Source: Paraphysomonas bandaiensis (Eukaryota > Protista > Chrysophyceae). Taken from it: a stretch of 64,000 nucleotides of DNA. The DNA is taken from contig CBFFRP010000451.1 of NCBI GenBank assembly GCA_965644295.1, positions 54,937 through 118,936 of the forward strand, given 5' to 3'. The stretch's first letter is position 1. Each line of letters starts with the position of its first letter. Made by a program: the position numbers and the translations under genes. Of this stretch, positions 36,240 to 50,984 are shown piece by piece. The notes beneath the pieces are model-generated. The model did not search any database. It saw nothing but the letters and a program-made list of their open reading frames with translations, and had not been told where the DNA came from.

Positions 36240-39200
36240 TTATCCCGTGTAGTTTCGTGTTGACGAGTCTCGCGAGCTGTCACGTACATATGTACTTTTC
36301 TGGGTGGTTTCTGATGTTTTTCGTGTGTACTGCTGCGATGATTGTGAGGTCTTTTGATCAGCTCCAGAACTGAATCGCACAGACGAAGTGGTCGCCTCTC
36401 TGAGCTTCCGGCGCATAGCATCAGCATCCCCATCCCTTCCATTCCGCGACGGGGGTACAGTCGGTACCCCATCAATGTCCTCCCGAGCGATTGCTCTCCC
36501 GGTCGCATCACTGGTATTCACCATATCCACGGGCGACTCATCTCCCGTGCCTTCATCCTCATCCGGTGGAGACAACCCATCGATGTCCAAGTGGAAAAAT
36601 AAATAACGAGTGAGCTCCCCTGCCTTCTCGCCTTGATCTTCAAGCATACGAATCATTCGTTGAAATTGGGCCTCATAGTTCTGTGCTGCTTCTTCTAAAC
36701 GTGAAACGACGTACCCTACACCAGACTAGGAGTCATAGCATTTATAGTCATGCTACACATTCACATACCAGGGACGCCATCTATGGTGCCTGGACCACTG
36801 TCTACTGGAGCTACACCCACACCACCAGACCAACCCACGTGTCCCTGTCCAGATATATTGTAAAACAATCAGAAATATCATCTTCTCAAATACCTCATGG
36901 TTCCTTCGTGCAGCAACAGCAAGTGCATCTGCAAAAATGAGAAAATGAACCAACACGGTTGAGTGGAATAACCAACGTGCCTGTCACAAGCGTCTCCTCC
37001 AGGTTGCAGAATCGAAGAATGGCTTGTATAACCTGCTGAATCTGCAAGCTCTAATGAGCGCTGAAATGTCACCAGGTCAAAACCAACCTGCACATTGAGT
37101 GCCTCGTGGGACTCAGATAAAAGCGCTCGCTCCTGGATACTGGCAAGGTATTCATCATGTACACGAATAATATCGTCCAAACAGGTCGACCCGGCCACAC
37201 CCTCCTCCATCCTACGCCACGAGGTTTCCACCACCTATAATTCAAAAGCTTTAAAAAAATGAAGTGGCACAAGTTATCATACCTCGAACATAAGGAAGTT
37301 GTTGAGGTTATTTATGAAGTGTGTCATTTTTCCTCTTTCCAAAGCACACCTACGAATAGTTTGAACGAAATCCATAAGAAACTAAACATACACACCGATG
37401 CAGAATGGGCTTTAGCTTCTTCAGGTGCTGGTGACCTCTGGTATGCAAAAATGAGACCTGAGCACGCCAGGTGCCAGTGAGAGCCCACTCAACTCTCTTC
37501 ATTCGCCACAGCATATGAAAAGCCGACCGATATTTGGATACCGCTTCGCTGTGCACAACTGCGGCAATTGGTGGGTCGATGGCGTAGTCTAGAGAGAATA
37601 TCTCCCATCCTGTATCTCCTAATCATAACATTGAGTGTTATACACAAAGGGTGAATGGATAACGAAAACTGTACCCGGAGATGGTTCAAGGAGACGTACT
37701 CCTAGACGATCAAGAACGAAAGACGGCTCAAACTGTGCGTTACAAGAGCGCAGTGAAGCCTCCAAGAGGCCCGTCAAGTTGTGCCGAAAAAGTTGGTTTG
37801 CACGTCGCTTCAGTTCCCCACCTACTGAATGTAAGGTATACATATTATACAATAATAGTTCCCACCGATATTATCCATTAGACAGGTAACAAAGTCACCC
37901 TGAAATCAGATACGAATGAATTCACAAAAACTGCAAATAGAGGTACAACACCTGTCCTAGCAACATAAATTTCTTCAGTGCCGCCAGATGGGTGCCCAGG
38001 TGAAATCTTCCCTGCACTAATGCCATGAGTTTAGTTTCTATGACGGCAGCCACTGAGAACACTACTGCTTCCAGTTCACCCTCGCGCCCATACGTCATTC
38101 CCCGTAGACGATCCTCAAACTGAGAGCTCAGTTCAATGCAGGTCTCATTTCCAGTGGCCGAAGGAATGGATGTCACCCCTCCGCCCAGTGCTAATGCCAT
38201 AGAGGGTTCCGATAGACCCCTTTCCTCTCCCGCACTATCGTCACGCCCCCCGTGCCGCATACACGCTTTCATGAAGTTAATGCTCTTTCCAACTACCAGT
38301 ATCTTGTGGGCGAGCTTAGTATGTATGAAAGAAGGAAGCATAGTAGGGTGCAACCGGTAGTAGCTGTGCCACACAAAGTCTGCAGAGGATGAGTCAAAGT
38401 GGCCTCCAGACTGTCCCCTTGCACCTACGGAGGCCAGCCCTTCCGCCGGAGAACGGGTGGCTATGAAAAATTCCCTGTGCGGATCCCTCAGTTCCCCGTG
38501 CAACACCCACCGCGCAACCATCCCGTACAATGGGGCACATACAGACAGCATAATACTGCGATGGACGAAGCGCTCCACCTTCTCGTCTCCGTGAAAGGCA
38601 AACCCATGCAATCGCGACAGAAGGCCTCCCCCAGTTAAGGGCTCGGCCGATTCGACCACTCGAGCAAGCAGGCACATTCTGTCTAGTGGCTCCTGCATCC
38701 ACACTCGCAACCGCAGGAGGGTCAGACCACGAGATCCCTCATCATGATTATCATCTGTATATGGTTAACATACATAGGACGCGTGCTATAGAACATACCG
38801 CCAGGCGTGTGAGATTTGTGCTCCTCCTGGATTAAAGTCCGGCTCAATTCCTGTTCTAGTACTGCCAGAAGTCTATAGTACTCATGTAAAGCCTCCTGCA
38901 TATATATCGTCAGAGCATGCAAGACAGAGACACATGAAACGCCAGGTACCTGCAGTGCAAACCCCAATGCTTGGGCGACCAATCCCCGACTTTCAACCCG
39001 CTCCACAAGTTTTATATATGCGTCTAATTTGCTGTAGAGCCATCCCACCTCGCAGAGACAAAGTACAACATCCCGAGGCGGGCCCGGAACTACTAGCCGA
39101 GGGTCGATCACATATGACTGAGAGCGTTCATCTAACCGGATATGCTTGCCATTGATACCCTAAAAGTAATGGCACCAGTGTTGGCTACGAACAGTTCAGT

Positions 39201-39764
39201 ACAACAAATAGCAACTACCTGAAAAACCAGAAGCAAATCTCGGAGCAACAGCATCTCCACATCCTTAGATACCCACAAAGTTTTATCGTTTATCATCGTT
39301 ACTTCATCTTCACTCAAAGGTGGCGGTACGCCATAAGGCAGTGGTGCCTCCTTCGCCACCGCAGAGGAAGCAGGTGAAGAAACAGACTCCTCTTGATTCT
39401 CATCCTTCTTATCAGTTGGAAAAGAAAACAAACTTTTACTTTGTTTACTTGTATCAGAAAAACTCAATTGTTCCAATAAGAGCAGAAAGGAATGCAAGTG
39501 TTTGGATTTCATTCGTCGCAGTGATTCGACTTGTTTCTCAAAATCAGACACAGCAGAAGGTCCGTCTACATCCTCTCCATACTTTAATAACAATGACTGA
39601 CGTATTCTCATCTTAATTGCAGTGTTATGTATAAGAGGATCGTTGTTTGTGGGTCGAATGAGTCGGAGGGATCTCTTCACAGTCTTCTCATCAATACACT
39701 CCATACGAGTGATGGATTTAATTAAGTCTTCTATCATCCCTTCCAGTCCATCAACACCACTCAT
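36240..39764 (-). CDS. TUBGCP3: Gamma-tubulin complex component 3 (Spc98/GCP3), multi-exon
   Basis: Motifs EVGWLY, GLVAQALGFALQEALHEYYRLLAVLE, GKSINF, ALKKFMLLGQGDF, FRHNLTGLLE and F..LWRMKRVE are present. Confidence 0.88.
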
Positions 39765-40364
39765 ATCTGCAATACAATGAGACGGTGTGGACCGGTGAAT
39801 GTGTGTATATGTATATATAATCTTGTGTCTGTATATATGACTATATTAACACAGCTAACATATAGAAATGTATGTATCCACCAGACACTTGAGTGAGGCG
39901 GATATCCCGTACACAAAACTCTGATATTTTTATAAGTTTTTCTACGAAATCCTCCATATTTTGATAGATAGGAATATGATTTTAAGAGAAATCAGATTAA
40001 AATATTTGATTTTGAAATTATGCATAAAAATCCTGCAATTTTATTTGAATTTAGTTTCATTCTACACTCATACTCACCCTTCACTGTATATTCAAATGAT
40101 GTCGTATACACACCAATATACAGCATGTATACCACTTATGAAAGTGGACATTTATACTCACAATTAACAGAAAATGTCTAGTTTATACATCTTGTACATC
40201 TTAATATCCCTATTTTAACCACCTCAAAACTTGGTTTCTGCTATATTTCCTGGTTTTTGTCCTGTTCATAGGACTATGCAGCATATAGTTCCTTATAGAG
40301 GGAGGTTAGCTCTGTGGAATGGTGCAGTGGATATGGAACAACAAGACATCCATTATATCAAGCC

Positions 40365-43203
40365 ATGAGCTCCAGTGATACACATTCTCTTCTTACACAA
40401 TTTCGTCTACAGTTTTCTCAGTACAGGAGCAGTCATGACTCCTCTGTTCTTCTTCATAGTTGGACGATAGATCGATCCAATCCTCTCAATGCCGTTCAAC
40501 AAATAGAGGCATTCAATATCGCCATAGATGAGCTTCCACACCCATCCAAAGAGGTTGCCTTCTCATTCTATGGATGGTAATGGTCTCAGTGTATAGCAGA
40601 GTGTATTCAGAGATTGCAGTTGGGAGATATTTGATCGAGTAGTGGACACGGCGGCTATATGTCCCCTAACAGACACATCTCATATACAGACAGCTCTGAA
40701 CGGAATTATTGGTAGATATCGTTCCTGTTGATGATCATGATGTTAAGTGGTTGATATTGATATAGAACACGTACGTCCTAGGGAACTGTATCTGATGGCT
40801 GCTGAAAGACTGGCCGGTTCTGCGGGTGTAATATTCTCGATATTGTCCTTCGTAATGGAGAGCGCTCTATCCAGACTTCCGATTGGCTTTTATTCCACTG
40901 GTATGGTACTTTTCTGTGCTTTGTTTCTAACTATGCGTAGGTCTTAGAATTGTGACCTCCGCTCTTGGGAATGCCGTCGAAGTTGCCCCGAAAGCACAGG
41001 TACATTTCTTCGATTGCAATGTCGTTCCTGACGCAATAATCGAAGTCTGGCTCCACAAACCCCAAGGAGACTGTTTTAATTCAGGACCACTATTATTTTA
41101 CCGCGAGTCAAGTGGTTTATCACTGTCCTGGTTTTGCAATGATAGGTGACGTGCTTTTACTAATTCGACGACTTCTGCTGAAAAGGTATGGTATACCCCT
41201 TTTAATTATTTGACACCTTATCGATTTCTAGTGCTGATAGTCAAGCAGATGACAAGCTTGAGAAGGTGGGTATATTCTTAAATATTACTTTTTCAGATGT
41301 AATTTTAATGTAGGAAGACGTCCTTGTCCACCATGTCCTACAGGTGTGCGAGTTGTTATCTCACAACCCGGATAGTACAATTCGCAACAGTACTTTTTCT
41401 GCAGCCCTTGAGACAATAGCAGTATCTGATGTTCCACTGTTGTATATTTTCTGGCACATGCGACGAATGCGTCACTTTTTGTTTTCGTGCTCGTTAAAAT
41501 CCCTTGCCAAAAGCAAGACGAACACGGACTCGTATGAATCAATTTGGGGTAGGATAGGGTCTACGCACGACAACATTGGCCTCGGAGATGATGTGGAATG
41601 TATGGTACCCTGGTCGGAGGTTACAGATGAAGCAATATCTCATGTGATATCGGTGTATTGCAATTTTGATGACGAGGATGGCGACGGTGAGGATCTGGAT
41701 GAAGAGGCAGGAGCACACCTTAAAACAACGCTAAGGTTGTCCCGCTCTTCGCGAGTCCTAAAGTGGAGTCTTGGCGGAATTACAACACTAATTCTGGAGG
41801 CTGTTAGGAGGAGCAGTAACGCAACAGAGTATAATAGGTATGATGGTACACATGTGTTCTTTCTTATAATAGGGCCTTTAGCACTCATGGCTTTCATCTG
41901 TTGTCCCCTGATGTGTTGTGGAAAATGACTGGGCCTTATATGTTTCCTGCCCTTCTCAACAAGACATCGGCTAGCAAGGAAGGTCTAACATTTTTCAACG
42001 CTCTAGGTAGAAATATTCACTGGATTACTTGTCATTCTCATAGTCTATCTCCAGTACATCGTGCGCGCGCTCCATCCCCACCCCCTGGATTCCACTCCTC
42101 ACTACTTGCTTTTCACTGGCGTGATGCATGCGCTGCTGCCTACGTCAATAGGAGGCTCACCCCTGGCCCGTGGTATGGAATGAACACGTATAGTTTATGT
42201 GCTTGACCAATTTGCTGAAGTGGACACACCAGACGGGAGGTGCGGGTGCGAGGTGCTATTGTTGCGACAGTGCATGACACCATAGGTCTATGTCAGCTCG
42301 CTATCAACGGCATGGTGAGTGAAACTGATGTTAAAAAGTGGTTAATAACAGGCACTTAGGTGGCTACAGGTGACCAAAAGATACATACACTGTCTTGTGA
42401 GTCTCTGCGTGTTATTGCGACAACTTTTTTGGTGGGAAGAAATCGAATTTATGTATGTATATCATGCATGTGTGCAGGATGATCGAGGCGGATGTTTGCT
42501 TATCAGAAAACTGATAGACAGTTGTCCCTACCCTCAGGTTAGAGGGATTTTAGTAGACGTGGCACGAGCATTGGCCGCTCCTCTGCTTTCTACTAGGGAC
42601 ATAGCTGGATGGGTTGGTGGGGGGCAGATTAGTAGTGTTCGAGCACCGGTTCTTCCGTGCAACGCTTCTGGACCTGCTGATGAATCTGCACTAGAGAAGT
42701 ATCACCACCTACTAGATGATCACATTGCGATCCGTATATCGGACTCTACGTTCCCATTATCTGTAGCTGGTGCAATCGTGGACTTGTTTGTCCTGCCTCC
42801 CGTCCAATCTGTGATTGAATGCGATACTGTCAACGAGGTGTGTATAGCTATATGTAATTCTCTATTACTGTGTTGACTTGTGTTTAACTTTTATTGCCAG
42901 GTTGTGGAGCTGGTTGAGTGGCTATCTTCTGCAGTGTCTTTATTGAGATTTGTAGTGATGCGGTTACTATCTATTGCCACTGTGTGTGGCGTTAGTTGTA
43001 CATCCATTGCTACCCTTGGAGATCATGATAGCGTCTTTGCGGACATAAAGGATTTACTTGATCGACTGAAGACTAAGATAGATTGGGCTACTACCACTCT
43101 TCACGAATGGGACATTTCAAGTGATAGCAGTAACCCAAATGTGAAAACAATTCTTAAGTTTCAAATGCTGTTGATGAATCTCAGTTCATTAATAACCGAG
43201 TAA
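40365..43203 (+). CDS. Multi-exon helical protein, possibly glomulin/ALF4/Ybp1 family
   Basis: A chain of exon-like ORFs with GT-AG gaps. The motifs CSWEIFD, RPRELYLMAAE and LIDSCPYPQVRGILVD fall in the order of the family's GWDL, xPKE and CP motifs. The resemblance is weak and by eye. Confidence 0.4.
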
Positions 43204-44492
43204 GTCTTTTCTTATTTCAATTGCCTCAATATTCTCGATTTTGTGTTTAACATGAAGATAGTAAATCTACAAGACTTATGATATGTTCTGGGTAACTTAG
43301 TTGTATTGACTGTATTTTGCATACTGATATTTCCCTCACATCGTCTTTAGATGCATTCTGAGAGTATGTGGCAGTTTTATGTGAATTATTAATATGTGAA
43401 AGACATAAAATGTATAATGAAATGGATATAGACTAAACTAAAAACATACTACACTGCTCTGTAGTAAGAAACGCTTAACCTCAAGTTATTTCGCATTGCC
43501 TAAACTAATAGTTGTGTTCTTAATACTTAAACGGGATACAGATGCCGATAGTATTGAGGAGTAAAGTGATGTCGTAATGAGCACTGTGCTTGCATGTGTG
43601 GCACTGTGAGTATGTATGTATTCAGCATTCCATAAGTTGTAGCAAGATTCGCAGTATCGTTCTGTTAACGTGCTTGTATGTCCGCAAAACAGAGTAGCAG
43701 AAGACGATGCAAGTGTTTTCAATAGTGGTCTTGTTTTTATGTATGATATGAGTCTATGAAAGCACAAGATCTGTGCGGTGGATTGCTAGTGGTGGATAAC
43801 ACCGTTGCAAACTAGTAGAAGATACGACCTCGAGGACATGATACTGCTGCTGTACACGATATGAACATATATAAAAATACGTAAAGAAATTCCTGAGTTG
43901 CTCTCCTTTGTCCCTATTTTCCTTTGCAGGAGGATACTAAAATCCCAGAGACTAAAAAATTCAGGATTTCATAAGAAAATAACTAAATTTTAGGAAGTAG
44001 TGGGAAGAAAATACTACCAAAAATCCGTATATATGGGAAAAAGCAAATTTTAGGAAGGATAAACTCTAAAAATATGGATAGGTGTATGGCATGGTATACA
44101 TACGTATACAAGAGTATACAGTGTTGTATAAAGGTGTGAACCAAAAGAATGGTCCAGAACGATACTGTGGTATCATACTGATGGCTGTGCTATGCAGACC
44201 GTAGCCGGGACAGTCTTCTAGACGGATACTGTGGATGATATGTACGTATGTGTGTATGGGAAGATACGTGGGATGATACGGATATAGATGTATGTGCGTA
44301 TGCAGGTGTGTGTGTAGGGAGCGGACCGTGCAGTGTATTACAGTTGGATTGCTCTGCAGATCATACTGTTGCAACACAGCGACATACATCCATCCCTTCA
44401 TATAACCAACACATACACAGAGACAGCGAGTTCTCCACATCCCTGAGAATAGTCTCTATCCGGTCCATCTTCTGACAGTATCTGAGCGGCTA

Positions 44493-47400
44493 ATGATGGA
44501 TACTTTGGCAAATATGTGCTCACTGGTGGGCATCATGTGTGAGCAGGTGTATATCATGGTATGGAAGCACCTGCAACATAAACGTCTTGATGGACGAACT
44601 ACACTAAAAGAATTCTTAATCCCTTTTGCTCTGGTGAGCTACTGGCTTTATGTCATGTCCCAGAACAACTCCCCTATAGAGTATGCAGATGCAGTGTACT
44701 CTGTACGTGATCTCCCGCCCTTATCTACTAAAGGTGAATGGGGAGTATTCCAGACCGTTGATGATGACTCTATTGATGTATCCATGTTTTTGTATTCGAA
44801 AACATTGTACTACAGTCCGAATACGAATGATGGTGTGAATGAATTGATGGGAAACTTCTCGCTGGCTTATCCTCAGGTAGACTTGCGCGGACGGAAGACC
44901 CCAAATGAAATATCTATTGATTACGAAGGAAATCTCTTTGATACGTGGGCTTCGATTGAATTTGAACTCTCGAGTGAGCAAGAATCTAGTGGACAGCTGA
45001 TTTTATCCCCATCCTCAGTGTCCAACATTGTCTATGAGCTCAGAATTAGTCCTAGCCAAATGGTTCGAATCACTTATTGTGCACGTTCAATGTTGATATA
45101 TATCGTAGGCTCTTCCGGATTCGACATATGACTCGGATGTCTATCGTGATGGCATTTCAGGTGCTGATGCCTGGATTAACTCCGGGTATCTAACAATTCA
45201 GAACTTCATTGCGACTTATCTGGCGCAGCAGTATCCTGGTGTCCCCGCTGACTTTTCGGTATTATCATCCACAGAACTCTGATGTTAAATCTCATTATTG
45301 TGAAATTATTGTAGGTGGATACTTTTGTGCAGCGCTACCCGAAAGACTACAATCAAGACAAGGTACCGGGTGCTGATTACAGTTTCTCGCGCTTCATCCT
45401 ATGGAAATGGGTTGCAAGTTTCATCCTTACCGCCGCCCTAATCTTACCAATCCTTGGCATGGCAGCGCGATCTGTAAAAGAGCGGGAGATGCGCATGAAA
45501 GATTTGTTGCAAATATCTGGCTTACTCGATATATCGTACTGGGGAAGTTACCTACTTGCGGGTTGCATTATTTCACAGTTTACGTTGTGGGTTTGTAGTG
45601 CATTACTACTTGCTGGACGTGTCTTCACAGTTGATCATGTCGGACCATACGGTGCTCTTATGACATGCTATTCGTTTGCTCTTATGTCATTTCTTCTTGC
45701 ATTTGGGTTCGTTGTTTTCCGAGCGGAGTACTACTCACTACCTGCCTTCTTACTTTGTGTTTCTCTCTGTGTGTGCGGTGACTACCTTGCTGATGCAGAG
45801 TCCATCACCATTGGAACCAAACGTAAGTTTTGTCCCTATCATTTTTATCGTTAATCTTGTGTCTGCAGTATTTTTAGGTGTTCTATGCCCTCCTATGAGT
45901 TTCACTTTAGGGGTGTTTAGCATTGAGACCTACCTGTATCACCACACTGATGATCCGATGGACTACTCCCATGTGGACTTGTCTAAGCACTTGCCGAGTC
46001 TGGGGGGCGTGTTGGGATGTCTTGTGCTATCTACTGTGCTCTATACCTTTTTTGCTTGGGGTATGCCTTTTGACTGGGTCATACCAAAAGAGAGTATCGC
46101 GGAATCATTTGGCCGACCCGAGGAGGCGTACTTGTACCCCTGTGATGATGAGGAAGACGAGGAGAATAGTGAAACGAAAAGTCGAGAATCTCTATTGAAG
46201 GTGCAGGATGTTTATCATATTTATCCGGATGGTACACAGGCAGTGAAGGGTATATCATTTTCGGTAAAAGACGGAGAAGTATTGTCGTATCTCGGGGCAA
46301 ATGGAGCTGGCAAGAGCACTACGATGGGTATGCTATGCGGCACGCTTGATATCACTTTCGGTGACGCACTGGTGAACGGGTTCAGTATTACGCGAGATCG
46401 TGTACGCGCACGCCGCAATCTTGGGATATGTATGCAGTCAGATGTGATATGGGATGACATCAGCATTATCGATCACCTGTATATATTCGCAAGACTGAGA
46501 GGTCTAAAGGGTGACAGTCTCAAACAAGATGTTGAGCGCATGGTTGACAGTCTGGGATTTCCAGAGAAGGCGCATAGCGCAGCTGGGACCCTCTCTGGGG
46601 GACAAAAACGACGTCTATGTGAGTGCGCGTTCAATGGAACTGATTTATGTCTCACAGTGGCATTCTAGGCGTTGGAATCAGCATGGTTGGAGGAAACTCT
46701 GTGGTATATCTGGACGAGGTATGTTCAGCCATTTCTATCAGCTTGTGTGCATTTCTAAGAGCTGATATAGCCAACCGCTGGACTGGATCCAGTCTCTCGA
46801 AGGCAGTTGTGGGAGCTTGTTCAGCGCAATCGTACAGGCAGAGGTGTGTGTTATATTCTTTCTAAAGGACGTCTCTTACATGTATCTAGCTATTTTGCTG
46901 ACAACGCACTTCATGGATGGTAAGCATTGGTTTTATTGTACATCATGTTGCTGTATAATATTTGTGTTTTGCAGAGGCGGATGTATTAGGTGACAGGTGT
47001 GTAGAGACTGATTGAAAAAAATAATTTCATCTGATACGATTTATGTAGGATTGCAATTGTGAAGGAAGGACGACTGCGTGCTATTGGGTCTTCTCGTTTT
47101 CTGAAGCGTAGATTTGGAATGGGGTATCTCATGCGTGCTTCCATGCTCCCAGAAGCAGATACTAAGCGGATACAAAATAAGGTGACGGAATATGTTCCGG
47201 ATGCCTCACTGGTCTCAAGTGCGGGTACTGAGTGTGCAATTCGTTTGCCGAAAGAGGCTTCTTCAATGTTTGCGAGTCTTTTCGAGAATATGGACAGCAG
47301 TATGCATGAGCTTGGAGTAGTTAACTATGGCATCGAAACTACCACTCTGGAAGAGGTCTTTATGCGCATCGTCAACGAAGACACTGAGCTGCTCCTTGCG

Positions 47401-50400
47401 AATCACTTGGAGGCTAACAGAATGTTGGGTGCATCTGGAGCCGAACGCGACGTAGTCGTTGGCGCTCAGAAGTTGCAAGATGAAAAGAGATTTCCGCTCA
47501 CGGATTCCCAAGTGGAGCTCCTTCTGATGCCCGGCCGGAAGGTGGGTGCATCAGAGTCGAGTATGCTTAATAAGCAGATTGCTATTTTGGTCTGGAAGCG
47601 ACATTTTCAATTTTTGCGCTCGAAGGGCCAGTGGGTCATGAGCGTCATAGTTCCTCTAGCTATGATGATTATCAGCGCAGTGATTATGTACAACATACCT
47701 AAGGAACTGCTTTACGATGACCCGGACGTGACAGACACATCTTATGATACCGTGTATACTACCCCTCTTGCTGGTGCAAATGAAACCGAAGTCCGGTCGT
47801 GGGCATCTTCAGCGGATGTGCCAACTGCTACATATGTTGGGCAGAACTATACTGATCTTTATGACTTTGTTGAATATCAAACCACAGCAGGTGTGAATGA
47901 AACTGGAGCAGGAATATTCTATGAAGACATCAATAACGCTACTGTGATGTACAATGCTACATACCCCGTTTGGTATCCTGGCCTCATAGATGGTGTTTTG
48001 CAAACTGCTCTGGATGATGTTACTGGTGGGAATCTCAAGATCACTACTCAGTGCCGTCCCATGGCGGAACAGGCCCTCAGTGAACAGGGAAATCTTTCAC
48101 TCTGCTTTTTCTTTGTGGCCTGTCTGATCGCTGGAAGTCTCGGAGCGGCAATAAGTATCGTAATTAGTGGTGAGCGCGTTGGTTTAGTCAAGCATCAGCA
48201 GCTGTAAGTACGTTATGTGTAGGAGTTCTTATATAATATATGCACAGGGCCAGTGGTGCGTCGCTGCTGGCGTACTGGATTTCAAATTTCATCTGGGACT
48301 ATGGTTTGTCAATTTTGCAAACCTTTGGGTTGACTTTTGCACTATATTGTGCGCGCGCAGATTCCTTCGATGACGGTGACTTTGGTTTAATTCTCGGTAT
48401 AGGACTCTTGTTCAATGTGTGTGCTATCAGTCGCTTTTACCTATTTTCGAATTTCGTCGGAGACATCCGTATGGCGCAGACTTTCTATTTCTATGGGTCA
48501 TTGTTGTCGCAATTTTTATTGACCACTTTTTATGTCCTCATTGTTTACACGAATTCTGACGGGGATGCAGGATCATCTACAGCACGCATTGTGTCTGTGG
48601 TTTGTACTTGCTTAGATCCTGCATTTGGATACATCTTCATTCTTCTACTTCAAAACGATTTCCTTGGAGTTAGAACACAGAATAATGATGACCCTGTTAC
48701 TTCATACAGTGTGGCTGGCGGGATTATCATCGCCCTCTACGTGACAGCCATGTTTTATATTGTTGCTGTAGTGATCGTTGAAGTCGGGGTGTCTTCTATA
48801 TGGAGATCATTTATCTCGATATTCGTATCCCCGTCCGCTAAACGCCGAAACGAGAGCAGAGGGTCTCTTAACTCTGTTTTAGTGGAAGACCTTTCCAGTG
48901 AAGTACTGTCAGTTGACGACACAGATCTACCAATGGATAAGCTTCCTTCTGAAAAGCCGAGAACTAGAACTGTTGGCGGGCTTGATCCTGATGTGGAATT
49001 GGAGAAGGAACATGTGGCAACTTTGGTTAACAACGGAAAAATCAACACGTCTCAGAATGCTATTTTTGTCTACAAGCTATCGAAAATATTTTATGGTCGC
49101 GGTTCTCAGCCGACGAAAGTTGCTGTAAAGGATATGAGCCTTTCTATCAGCAGGGGAGAGATATTTGGACTTTTAGGAGCTAATGGCGCCGGTATGTGTC
49201 GCATTTAGATTAAAGTGAATGGATTGCAGTGTAAGATAGTTCTTCGCGTAGGCAAAACCACATTGTTAAAAATGGTGTCTGGACTGGAACTTCCGACTCA
49301 CGGCAAGGCACTTGTTAATGGTTTCGATGTCGTGCATTCTAGATCCTCAGCACAGCGCTCAATGGGACTCTGGTAAAATATGCTTTGTATATATTTTGTA
49401 TCTAATCGTACCTTTGTTTTGTTTACAGCCCGCAGTTTGATACACTGGTAAGTGTTCTTTGCACGTGAAGTCCATTCAAGGTTTTATTGTATCGTGCAGG
49501 TAGAACGCTTATCGGTGAGGGAGAACTTGATTCTGTTCGCCAGAATAAAAGGTCTCGACGATGATGTGCTGATTCCGTGCTGCGAGGCTTTCATGAACAC
49601 GTTGAACATTAAGCGTTACGAGAACAAACTCATACAGCAGTTGAGTGGAGGTAACAGAAGAAAAGTATCACTTGCGGTTGCTTTACTGGGCGCACCACCG
49701 ACGGTTTACTTGGATGAGGTGAATAGTCAACTTTAGCTTAAATAATTATCGCTAATAAGTTATTGTTTTCGATACTTTGTAGCCATCCACAGGCTTGGAC
49801 CCCGTTGCTAGCAGGTATACTGCATGTTCTTTTTTATGTGGGCTACAACTAATCGCACTTTAGGTTGATGTGGCGTCTCCTATCAAAAGTTGCGAAGGCA
49901 AAGAAGAGTGCTGTAGTGTTAACTACTCACAATATGCTTGAATGTGAGGCAGTCTGTACACGTGTTGGAGTAATGAAGCTTGGTGAATTGGTGTGTCTGG
50001 GCGATACACAGGTAAGAGAGATTTCTATTGCGTTGATACGCTAATCTGATGTCTATAGCACTTACGCTCGGTACATGGAACAGGATTTCTGTTGGAAATG
50101 AACCTTCGTTCTCCTGAGGCTGTGGGCAAATGCAAGGAGGTTATATTATTTCATCTAGCTTCTTCATAGTACTTAAATTACATTTGTGCAGTTTGTCGAG
50201 GAAAATTTTGCAGGTGCTGTAATAGTAGATGAGCACGCGACAATGATCAACTTTGAGATTCCATCCGCCAGTGTGGGAAAATTGTCGACTGCATTCAGTC
50301 TCCTTGAAAGCAGAAAAGAAGAGCTTGACATGGCTGACTATGCGCTTTCGCAGAGTACCCTCGAACAGGTATTTCTGAAACAGATTCGCCCAAGTGAAAA

Positions 50401-50719
50401 AGACGCAGTCTTACTGGAAGATCAACGCAAAACCGAGGCACGCGTGCCACAGTGGGCGGACTACCTGATGGCATACTTATGCTGGCTTCTAGCATTTTTC
50501 GTGCCAGGGTTGCACCACTTTTACCTGGGCAATTTCTGGAGAGGTATTAAGTATCTTTTCACCATAAACGAACTATTCGTGGGATGGTTCCTCGATATTT
50601 TTGAGTTGCACGTTCTGGTCAAGAAATCTGTCGAAGAGTATGGTAATCGCTCCTGTTGCTATTGCTGTTCGTGCTGCTGTTCCTCCCCGAAAAAAATTCC
50701 CCCGTCGTCTTCGGTTTAA
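44493..50719 (+). CDS. Full-length ABCA-family transporter with C-terminal TM2-like domain and Cys-rich tail, multi-exon
   Basis: Two NBDs (LGANGAGKSTT/LSGGQKRRL and LGANGAGKTT/LSGGNRRKV), plus VKEREMRMKDLL, TTLEEVF, STLEQVF and two TMDs. Confidence 0.93.
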
Positions 50720-50984
50720 TCAAAGAGTGAATTATATTCACAACGTATGGGGGTACTACATTTATTGCGGTCGTAGTGTTCTTGCCCTTGTCACATATTC
50801 TTTGTGATCAGGCGATAGCATTATTGAAGTACTATCTTGATATTCTATAAGTGGTATTCATATGTACGTTCGCATTACTGGTAGAACTTATTCTTGTAAA
50901 AGTAATAGCTGCACTATTTCGTGAAATATCCTTTTAAGTTTGGCTTATATTTGAGCAATAACATGTAGTAGTTTAAAGTTTTGA

